Below are positions 1 to 9,851 of a stretch of 64,000 nt of DNA, piece after piece. The stretch comes from Perkinsus olseni. Lineage: Eukaryota. A model generated the notes under the pieces. The model saw nothing but the letters and a program-made list of their open reading frames with translations. It was not told the DNA's origin and made no database searches. Numbering within the stretch: the stretch's first letter is position 1; each line of letters opens with the position of its first letter. Location: positions 1-64,000 of the forward strand of contig JABANN010000027.1 of the NCBI GenBank assembly GCA_013115125.1, written 5' to 3'. The position numbers and the translations under genes are program-made.

Positions 1-3
1 GCC

Positions 4-1371
4 TCAAACACGTAGTATGTGCTGAATTAGACTGATTTTTGTGATTTGCATATCGAATTGGAACACCCTGTAGTTCATCTGGTCGGTACTCTCCTCGATC
101 AGCTGTTTAGCCTTTCCCGACTCAACCCCCATGGATATCAGAATGGCTAGAGCACCAGCCGCGAACGCACTCGAGGTACAAGTACCGCTAAACGTCCTCA
201 ACCTACCACCGGGTGCATCGGTCAAACGGCCACTGAGAATTCTATAGCCAAAAGCCGCTATGTCAACCTTCGGTCCGAAGTTGCTCCTAGGGTGGAGGAC
301 ATTGAGCTTCTTCCAGTCCATCATGGCTGCAACGCATATAGCTCTGGGGCCTCCGAATGAACATGGCGAAACGTCTGACGCATCCACGCCGTCATTGCCA
401 GCTGGAGATACGAGCAAAATATCGTGCTCTTGAGCAGCGTCGTGGAGGGCCTGCAATAGCAGTGCCCAGTGGATGGCCTCCTGAGTGCTGAACTCGAACC
501 CCACAGCAATATGCAGCAATATCTACCCCGACATCGATGGCCATGTCGATAGCCGCAATAAGCTTAGATAGGGGCGCCCTCTCATTGTCATCTACCACTT
601 GCAGGGGCACCAACGTAACATTTTGCGCCATTCCAGCAATAGAGACCGAGTTTTTCGCTTTCAGGCCAATATCTTGCAAACCTGGGTACCATGGTTGAGC
701 TTGTTCGTCAAAAACGGAGTATTGTCGAAGAAGTTCCACCCCCCCCCTTTCAAGTAGCCACCGCTCTGCTTCTGAAGGTATCCCATCAGGGGCTCGAAGT
801 CACGGTCAGCCCACTTGATACCGGAGTCCATGACGGCCACCTTGGCCTTGCGAGTGACGTGGGGAAAAGCACGCTGCCAGACTTCTCCCATTTTCATCCA
901 TTTGAGATGCTTATGGTCAACAGCATCATAATCGTTGACGTGCAAGTCGCTATCAATATGCCCGTATATTCTTTTGGGCTTAGGCGTCCTCCTGGGCTCA
1001 GGCGTTCTTCCAGGTTTCTGCGTCGTCTCGGGTGTTAGCGTCGTCTGTTGTACCGGAGTTGTCGGGGGGCTACGGTGTCGTTCCCTTGGGCTTCGGCGTC
1101 TTCTTTGGCGTGGTCTTCTTTCGGACGCGGTCGCCAAAGACCCCGCGGTCCACGTCAATAGCGCAGTTCGATTCGAGGGATAGCTTGCTGCTGGCCTCAG
1201 TCACGAATTTGCAGAGTATCGGTGCCGATTGTCGAGGGTGACGTCTGAACCACTTGCAAGTGGACATACTTAAGAGTCCTGATCTCAGCGATGCTTAGGA
1301 GAGAGGCAACCTCCTCGTCAGGGATGTCGTCGTAGTCCCTCAGCATTTGAGGCAGATGACGAACGTCAATA
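4..1371 (-). pseudogene. Subtilisin-like (S8) serine protease copy 1, disrupted
   Basis: Five consecutive minus-strand ORFs (1197-1388, 1070-1267, 661-1158, 392-739, 4-519) tile one subtilisin homologous to 3245-4594: propeptide (IDVRHLPQML...DEEVASLL), VMDSG, NHGTQVCKILA, PAGNDG, and SGTCTS at the GTS site. About four frameshifts (near 1215, 1070, 662, 520) with no splice signals that would explain them. No signal peptide; homology stops near 1371. Confidence 0.85.
975..1125 (-). repeat. Thr/Pro/Lys-rich low-complexity coding repeat (KTTPKKTPKPKGTTP...RTPEPRRTPKPK)
   Basis: Degenerate short repeats lie between the propeptide and the catalytic domain of subtilisin copy 1. They are absent from copies 2 and 3. 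Confidence 0.75.
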
Positions 1372-3244
1372 GGAAGGGAAAAGAACACGTTAAGAAATGC
1401 GATGCTTGCTCACCGCAACGAGAGCTCTGTTACCTGCCTAACACCTACCTTTGGGAGGTTGCAAGGTATTCAGCTCCATAGTTGAGAAGTTGGGCACGCT
1501 CACGCGTACATTGGTCCCACAGCTCCACACAGCAGCTGACAAAGTTTCGATATACCATAATCTTGGAGACCCCGTATTCTCCCGAATAAAGAGCCCGCCA
1601 CATTGTTCGACGGGTTTGAAGACTTGTAGTCGACCTGCTACATTGCGCTGAAACCGTTGTGAATCGACGTTCCAACTCGCGGCTCAGAGAGATCTTGATG
1701 GCCTATCGGCGAAGAGGTCCAACTGCGCGGGAACGCGGAATTATGAGTGTTGGACCTGCGGACAGCTCACAGAGGCAACACCCAGCGTTGATCACTGGGC
1801 TGAGTCTGAGTCCGAGTTGATACTGCCCTAGATTGCTACGTTGAAGTCTGTAACGGATTTATTTTTCCCGTTACTAACTGACCCTTATATCATACGCCTC
1901 ATACATCACGACTGAACAGTATCTCGGCGAACAGCTCATGTTTCCAGGAGCATTCGAGATGTGCCGTAGACAAATGCCCCCGGAAAACCCGTTCTAGAGT
2001 GCGATGTGACTGCTCCAGGATGGCAATTAACCGGAAAGGTCACGCGATCATTTGTCTGAAGCTAGAGACCACCACACATCGGTCGCGTCATTCTCCGCAG
2101 CGGAACATCCTGAGCCTTTCCAGACTCGCTGTGCTGGGGCATGTGGCTATTGCGAAGCTTGTTACACAAGTTGTGGAGAGCGACGCCACACTGATCTCAA
2201 TGAGATCATCTCATTTCTCAAGAGGGGACGTAAGGGACTCTGCTCTTTCTCTTCTCCACAGAGACATTTTTGAGCCTACTGCAGGAATGCTCGGCTGCCT
2301 CTCATTCCCTTGTGGATGTTTCGTGAACTCTGGATACTTCGCTAGATTGATATTCACTCGAAAGGCTACTCGAAGCTGTGGCGCTTTGGTGTGAGTTTCT
2401 GAGTGTGAGCACCATTGACTGGCGTCGAGAGGAGTCCTCGTTAGACAAGTTTGAGGGATGTATGACCGTTCGGTCTGACGAATCCGGGGTGGTGAAGTTC
2501 GGATTAGGGAATTTGGGCAATGCAAGATCCCGGCTCGTTGGACTGGCGGATGCGGGTTCAAATCTTGTGTTTTTCGTGCTGCTAGCGTTGAATACGGAAA
2601 CCACGCCAGCAGGCATCTCGCTGCTTGATTCAAGCACGAAAATGTTGTGATCATTCCCTGGTGGCATGCGCGACCAATCGAGCTCTTGAGATTATGCAAC
2701 TCGATCAAACGTTAACTCTCCCTCTCTACCGACACCGGTGACAATAATATTCATAGGAATATTATTGATCACGGCCCGAAGCCTATTAATTGGGCCTCAG
2801 ACGATGATTCAGTGGAGGCGCCCCGCAGAAACGTTTCGGCACCGCAAAGTACTGAGCCGCAGGATGACTTGTTCGTGGAATGTCTGCGGCTGAGCAATCA
2901 GGCACGTGATCCCAACCTAAATAACGCAAACCCGTCAGTGGTTCCACTTGAGTGGGTGCCAATGGGAATGATAGATTGCCTACAGCGATATGGTCACTGC
3001 CGGAGTGGAACCGATGAATGGAGGGCCGACAATAGCGGAAGCTAAATCGGCGCCCTCGCTTAAGATGAAGAGTTCGGCAACGAGAGTGCGAACCGGGAAG
3101 AATGACAACATGGTATCAGGGACTTGAACTTGAACATTTCAATCTGACTTATAGGAGAGGAAACGGAGCGGACATGTTGATTCTGACTGCAGATTGACGA
3201 TGAAAATGAGTAGCTATATTGGCAGCCCAGAACCCTGGCGGCAA

Positions 3245-4594
3245 CTACTGCTCTATACCAAGGTGATCGTTGCCACGTAGTCCGCGTGACTTTGAGGAGA
3301 GCCAACTGATAGCGTGCTCGACAGTCTTGAGAGCATTGATGGCTCCACCTCTGATAGTCTTCAGCTTTCCCTTGGACGTAGCGGAAGGAGCGACAGGATC
3401 CACATTCGCAAGGATCAGCGGCTTCACCATCCTCGGCTCAACACCCATTGATAACAGAATAGTGGACAGACCGGAAACGATAGGGGTCGCGATTGATGAA
3501 CCGCTTGCGTAATCTGGGTGCCCGTTTTCTTTGCGACCGACGTAGATCCTCGTACCGTAGGCTGCGACATCAACTCTCTCACCCCAGTTCGAGTTTCGAT
3601 TAAGCACATTGTGAGTCTTGTTGCTTTGTAAGTAAGCAACGCACATGCCGAGAGGGCCACCGAACCAACAAGGGAATTTGTTGGACGCTCGCCTGCCCTT
3701 GTTCCCAGCTGAAGACACGACTAGGATACCACTCTCTTGTGCAGCATGGAGGGCTGCCCACATCATGTCCTGAGACGTCTGTGTCATAAAATTAAAGTGA
3801 AACCCAATGGAAATTGATAAGATATCGGCTCTTACATCGATGGCCGCGTCTATACCAGCCAGAAAAGCGGACAGGGTAACTTTGCCGTTGTCCCTCATCA
3901 CCTGGAGTGGTATTAATGTGGCATTGGGAGCCATTCCAGTCATACCAACAGAGTTGTTTCCTCTAGCAGCTAACACCTTGCACACTTTGGTGCCTTGAGC
4001 CGCCACGGTGGTCATGATAGGCGACCTAGTTACAAAATTCCACCCTCCCTCCAGAAAGCCACCGCTTGACCTCGGAAGTTTCCCCTTCAGGGGAGCGAAG
4101 TCCGGATCTGCCCAGTTGATACCGGAGTCCAAGACGGCCACTTTGACCTTACGAGTGACATGAGGAAGAGCAAGACGCCACACTTCACCCATCTTCATCC
4201 ACATCAAGTGTACTTGAAAGCCGGCATCTGGATCGTCCACGTGCAGGCGGCTATCGATACGGTCGAACGCCTCGCCGTCGCCATCTTCGGAGCATTTAGA
4301 TTGCAATGAAAGCTTGCTGCTGGCCATAGCCACGAAGTTGCAGAGAGCATCGCTGTCGATGGTAGAGGCTGACGTCTGAACTAGTTGGGAGTGGACGTAC
4401 TTCAGAGTCGTGATCTCAGCAGTGCCCAGGAAAGAGGCAACCTCCTCGTCGGGGGTGTGACCGGCGTCCTTCAGCATTCGAGGCAGATGACTGACGTCAA
4501 CATCGTCGGAGTTGGATTGTATAGACACGATGGTGTCATATGGGGGAGCCGCGCTGACCAGCGAAGCGAGAGCGATTGCCGAAGAGATACGCAT
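3245..4594 (-). CDS. Secreted subtilisin-like (S8) protein copy 2; intact 449-aa intronless ORF with the catalytic His replaced by Gln
   Basis: Signal peptide MRISSAIALASLVSA, propeptide, VAVLDSG (Asp), AAQGTKVC at the HGT site, SAGNKG (oxyanion Asn) and SGSSIATPIVSG (Ser). Confidence 0.92.
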   Translation of the reverse strand: MRISSAIALASLVSAAPPYDTIVSIQSNSDDVDVSHLPRMLKDAGHTPDEEVASFLGTAEITTLKYVHSQLVQTSASTIDSDALCNFVAMASSKLSLQSKCSEDGDGEAFDRIDSRLHVDDPDAGFQVHLMWMKMGEVWRLALPHVTRKVKVAVLDSGINWADPDFAPLKGKLPRSSGGFLEGGWNFVTRSPIMTTVAAQGTKVCKVLAARGNNSVGMTGMAPNATLIPLQVMRDNGKVTLSAFLAGIDAAIDVRADILSISIGFHFNFMTQTSQDMMWAALHAAQESGILVVSSAGNKGRRASNKFPCWFGGPLGMCVAYLQSNKTHNVLNRNSNWGERVDVAAYGTRIYVGRKENGHPDYASGSSIATPIVSGLSTILLSMGVEPRMVKPLILANVDPVAPSATSKGKLKTIRGGAINALKTVEHAISWLSSKSRGLRGNDHLGIEQ

Positions 4595-6162
4595 AAGAGT
4601 GAAAGAAGGCTAAAACATGCATTGGTACCGAGGTGTCCCCTCAAACGCGGACGAGAGGAGTCGCCCAACAGAGCCCCTACCTCACAGAATATTCTCAGTT
4701 TCATGCCCCCCCATTCGAAACTGCCGAAGCTTGATACAGTGCAGATGTCTCGGCCGGAGTGACCGTCTCGTACTCAGGTGGCGTAGACTACGTCTCCTGC
4801 TCGTTCTTCGCGTCTCGCTCGCTGACCTCAGAGAACATGAGTCTCGCGTGAATCAACTGGGTTGCAGCAACTCCGAGTTTGCCGACTTCAGGGCATACAT
4901 CTGGGAGTCAGCTTCGGAGTTGAAATTCAGAGGATCAAATACCTGAATAGTCTGTTTGGGTAACAAGTTTTCACTAAAATGCCCCTAGAATCAGTATTTG
5001 GCCCCTGATTCATCTCACGCTATGATATCGATGGGTGATTCTGGAGCACTAATCCAAATTCTATAGCCATAAGTAAGAGTTAGAGGTGCTCAGATCGAGG
5101 ATCAGGGCAAGATGAGGTGCACCAGCCCTTCATGTCAAGAAGCCTTCATGAGAAGGCTCCCAAAATCCCAAAAAGCCTTTCGACTCTCAAATGAAAACAA
5201 TTAATCGAAACTCGAAATCAATTGCCTGGTGTTTCCCTCTGTGTGAAGGCTCTGGCTTGAACCTCAAATCGGTACCCGCATCAGGCACGGAATTGCTGCG
5301 TGAGACGCGCGGGCTCCCTCAGTGTCAGGGAACTGTTGTCCATAGCTGACTACAGTACCTCTGTGTCAGGCAGACACGGAGGTAAATAACCTCAGGTAAT
5401 CAGTTATGGAAAGAATCCGATTTACTGATTGCGAGCAAGTTCGGAGCCCATCGTATCTCCTCAGTGGCAGCTGCCACTGAAGAGCTACTGAGTAGCTGCC
5501 GTGACAGCGGATGTACTCACGAGGGGTCCTCTGTGTCTTTAGAAGAACTCAGAGAACCCCTCGTGAGGCCCCTCGTGGGACCCTCATTCCTCTAGAACTT
5601 CTTCAAGCTGTATTCCTGAGCGGAAGGCAGTGTTATCGTTCCTCGTGCCACTGAGCAACCCGAAATTTGTAGATGCTGGCACAAATTGATCTAGAACGCG
5701 AGCTATTTCACTGACGGCTCTACTATGGGTCATTGCTATGATAGCAATGCTATCTCGAGAGTAAGCGAGTGATCAGCCTGATTGCCATCAGCACTCAAGC
5801 AACGCAACCAACCAATGTAAGCGGCTAGTAAACTTCCTGTAGCAGCATTAGATCTTTGGCTACGATAAGACCCATGCCCAGGTGCAACTGACTTCTGCAG
5901 TTGCGGCGATGAGTGAAGCATTGCCGATACGAATAAAGGTCCAGCGGTTACCCGAGGACGACAATAAGACGGTTCCATTGAACCGATGAAGCGGGAAATA
6001 TGTGGCGACAGACTGGGTCTGACCCAGTGGGTCAGTAACGATAATTACTGGACAGCGTTGCCCTGACTGCAGCGCCTGAAGCATCGATACTCCACGCTCA
6101 AGCGAGCAATGAAGTGATTAGCTGACTTGAAAACTGCGGGGCGCGATACCTCAGCGCCACGT

Positions 6163-7523
6163 TCAGCCCTCCAATGCGAGGTAGTCGTTGGAACGCACCT
6201 CGCGTGGTTTCGAGTCGAGCCAATTAATGGCGAACTTGACAGTCTTCAAAGCGTTAAGTGCTCCACCTCTTATAGTGTGTGGCTGACTCGTATTAGGAGG
6301 ATAGTAGATAGGATCGGTGTGCATGCGTACAAACGGCTTCACCTTCTCCGGCTTAACACCCATAGATAATAGGATCGCCGATATACCGGTCACAAATGGA
6401 GCCGCCACCGATGATCCACTGGTAATCGTTAGAGTTTCCTTTCCACCGTCCACGACGATTGTCGTACCATAGGCTGCGAAATCCACTCTTTCACCCCAAT
6501 TGGAGTTGGGGTTGAGCATATTGTGCGTCTGGTTGCTTTGCAAGTTCGCAACGCACATGCCAAGAGGACCACCGAACCAACACGGGTATCTGTTTAGTGC
6601 CCTCACACCTTTGTTGCCGGCTGAGGAGACGAGTAGGATGACTGCCAGTTGCGCAGAACGCAGAGCTCTCCACATCAAGTACAGGGCCACGTCAAGGACG
6701 GGGTCATGGTGGGGTAGAACCCAACAGACATCGAGATAATATCGGCTTTTATATCGATGGCCATGTTTAGAGCAGCGACGAAGTTAACAAGAGGGACGGT
6801 GTCCTTGCCCTTGACAACTTTCACCACTTGCAAGGGCATCAATGAGACATCAGGAGCGACCCCAACAAGACCATAGGAGTTGTTACCTTTAGCAGCCAGG
6901 ACCTTGCAGACATGAGTTCCATGAGAGCTCTCGGTCGTCAAGTTTGAAGACTCCGTGTTAAAGTTCCAACCCCCTTTCAAGTAGCCGCCACTAGTCTTCT
7001 TCACTCTTCCTTTCAGGGGAGCGAAATCGGGGTCAGCCCAGTTGATACCAGAGTCCAGGACTGCCACCGTAGGTCTGCGGATGACGCGGGGCAGAGCAGC
7101 CTGCCAAACCTCACCCATTTTCATCCACTTGAAGTGATTCTGCCAGTAGGCTATAGGATCATTGACGTGTAGCTCGCTATCGAAATCACCAAGTGTTCCG
7201 CCGCTGACATCCTCCGCGCACTCAGCTTGCAATGAAAGCTTTCTGCTGGCCTCAGTCACGAAGTTGCAGAGAGTGTCGCTGTCGACGGTCGAGGCTGACG
7301 TCTTAACCACTTGCAAGTGGACCAACTTGAGATTCATGATCACAGCGGTCTTCAGGAAAAAAGCAACCTCCTTGTCGGGGGTATGACCGGCTTTCCTCAG
7401 CATGTCAGGCAGACGACGAACGTTGACATCACCGTTACTAGACTCGATGGATACGATAGTATCGCGTGGAGGGACCGTAGCGCCAACCACAGGGGCAAGA
7501 ACGATCGGAGACCAAATGCGCAT
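6163..7523 (-). pseudogene. Subtilisin-like (S8) protease copy 3 with a single frameshift near 6690-6700
   Basis: ATG at 7523 (MRIWSPIVLAPVVGA signal). VLDSG and SHGTHVC lie in ORF 6675-7568; SAGNKG and SGSSVAAPFVTG lie in ORF 6163-6690 in another frame. The triad is canonical. Could be a real pseudogene or an assembly indel. Confidence 0.8.
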
Positions 7524-9851
7524 TGGAAGGCAGAAAAAATTGTTGAGTCCTGACAAAATGCACCGCATGTTGACCGGCCGTTAGTCCGACTGTTTATGAG
7601 GACTCTCATCGGAGGGGACCTGGCATCATCATACGCCTAATAGGGACCCATATCCCCGATAAGACGGCCGAGGCATGAAGCGACGCAGTCCCTTCGCCTG
7701 AGGTGACAGTCTCGCTTGGGCGCGGGGGGCAACGTCTACGTCACACCCGAGAGCAGCGTGCTCGGCACCGCCTCAGCTCCGAACGCTCCGTGACGCTGCG
7801 TCCCTGACGCCGTCACTATCGCCGCTTTTGGGTGGGCCCACTCTGTTGCACGCATGGACAGAGCTGTATCCTGAATGGCCTGGAATATTCACTCTACAGC
7901 GTCTTGGAGGCTCAAGAACGGTCCTTCCATGTGACAACTCAAAATCCGTTGGGGGATCTGAACCATTTATCCATTCATGAACCAATCAATAGGGAGCAAT
8001 CTGTGCACCATGGTGGAGATATAGTGCCGAATACAGTGTACGCTATGTAACAGCTACGTGACGTAGCCTACGTCTCGGTTCAGTACTACTGGGCTGTTAG
8101 ACTATCATAGCTGCAATTATATTCACTGTAGTAATGCGTATAATTGTACCAGTTGATCGTCTGGCATCATTCTGCGCCTTGCACTCACCGCGAGTGACTC
8201 GCGTGCACGAGTATGCGTACTACATTGAGGTACGGAGCACGCTATGAAACACATTATCGCTTGAAGCCCCGCAAGACTGGTTTAACCTTTCTTTGAGCCC
8301 CGTCTCAAATAGCTACACTGTACTGAGTTTTAGTGCAGTAGTGGTAGCAGCTCCTTGTTCTCGAAGACCACTCTCGGACTCGGGCTTCCACCCCGGTATT
8401 TGACCGTCTTCGTGGAGGTCGAGCCCAAACTCTCATTGAGCTACGAACTCTCCCTAATGTACATGTGTTCGGTGTTAAGTTGCTACAAAACTTCGAGACG
8501 TGCTATTTCTACACCCTCTGCTGCTACTTGTTCCAGTATGGTGCTCCTACTGGTCATCGTCATACGGGATACAGCGGCGTACATTGTCATGCCGACCATG
8601 GTGAACCGCCCACAGTACGCGCATTCCAAAGGGTCCATTTCGTGTCAGCGGCACAACTTCTTACCTAGAGGGCATACATATCTGAAATTTCAACTAGCGA
8701 GATCTCCTAACATTGTTGTATTGTTCAAACATGTCACGTATCGAATCCTCGAACAAAAAAATTTTCGGTGCATGATGGTGTGTGGATGGAGTTCCACTGT
8801 GCGAGGCATAGCTGCTCAATGGACCCCACTGAGTGGGGTCTATGATAGGCCCCATCCCAGAGTTGTATCTTCTCTCAGATCGTCGCACCCTCTGACTTCT
8901 GGCGTTATAATAAAACGATATAACGGTTATATCGAACCTCGGGCTCTCAAACAGAGGGAGCATCGTAGGTGAAACCTTTCCGGATAGTTTGAGTTGGGAT
9001 GCCCAGAACTCGCCTGATGGAATGGCGTTTTGCGGCGTGTGCGCGTTGCGTGCGTTTTGTCATGGCCCGGTTGAGGTGTTAGGTTTTTTCCATCGATTCA
9101 TAAACTGAGGTCTGGCGAGAGGAAGTGGACTGCCTCGTGCCTGGTCTACGGTGGGCAACCGGCCACGGGTTAATCAACTCCGCGGAGTTGCCGTGGTAAT
9201 CAGTTACCGGCCCGCTGTAAGAGCTAAGTATGACTCACGGCCGCCGCACCTCCCAAACTCAAGATCAGAATTTTCAGCCTGAAGGTCGGAGTGCTCCGAA
9301 TCGAGCCCTGGGGAATTAGTCACTGTATGCTCGTTCTGTTTCGCGACTCTATCTGCCGGCTCCTCCATCGATAGAGCATCAGGTGCATTTTACAGAATGC
9401 TGTACGAAGGGAGTGTGTAGAGGCCGAACGTTCTATTCACCTCTCCACGAAACCCTCGCGTTCCGGGAGGTCCCACCGTCCAAGGAATGCTTCCTCAAGG
9501 ATCACCGGAGAATACACACAACAAGCTCTGACCATGAGTCATCATGATGAATGGTCGACGGTGACATGCCATGGCCAATCCATCGATGCACTTTGTTCCA
9601 CAACTCGCTCTTTCTTGCCTCAACTTCGCGCTGGAAGCACTCAATGCTCGGGAGGGCCTTCCAAGAGTCAATGGCCTGCCGGAAAAGACAACTTAGAAAA
9701 GATCAGCAAGCATGGTGTAGTGGTATCACCACCGTGCTGGTTCATCCCTCAGGAGCCGTACCAGAACCAGTGCGGCGTACTGGTTATGACCCAGCGGGTT
9801 TGAGTGGAGCTGACTCGGTCGATTCCAAAGCCCGCGTCATCAAAATATACC

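Noticed and set aside
2742-2767. CRESS/geminivirus-type origin (TAATATT)
   Set aside because: The motif lies in the stem rather than the loop, is not the TAATATTAC nonamer, and no Rep ORF is nearby.
1445-3045. Several 65-165 aa ORFs in spacer 1
   Set aside because: They overlap on both strands, with no motifs and no consistent exon chain.
4595-4660. Spliced-leader relics upstream of the intronless genes (also 7524-7570 and 55940-55998)
   Set aside because: No convincing match to the CCGTAGCCAT...GGCTCAAG leader seen by eye.
5356-5567. CRISPR-like array
   Set aside because: The hairpins differ in sequence, there is no repeat-spacer periodicity and no cas genes, and the context is eukaryotic.
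6676-6720. Programmed frameshifting like that reported for Perkinsus mitochondrial genes (AGG/CCC codons)
   Set aside because: This is nuclear DNA, the required motif is not cleanly present, and the lesions in copy 1 are heterogeneous indels typical of decay.
8355-8972. 205-aa plus-strand ORF
   Set aside because: Non-ATG start, no recognisable domain, no transposase or RT motifs, and it adjoins the palindrome tract.
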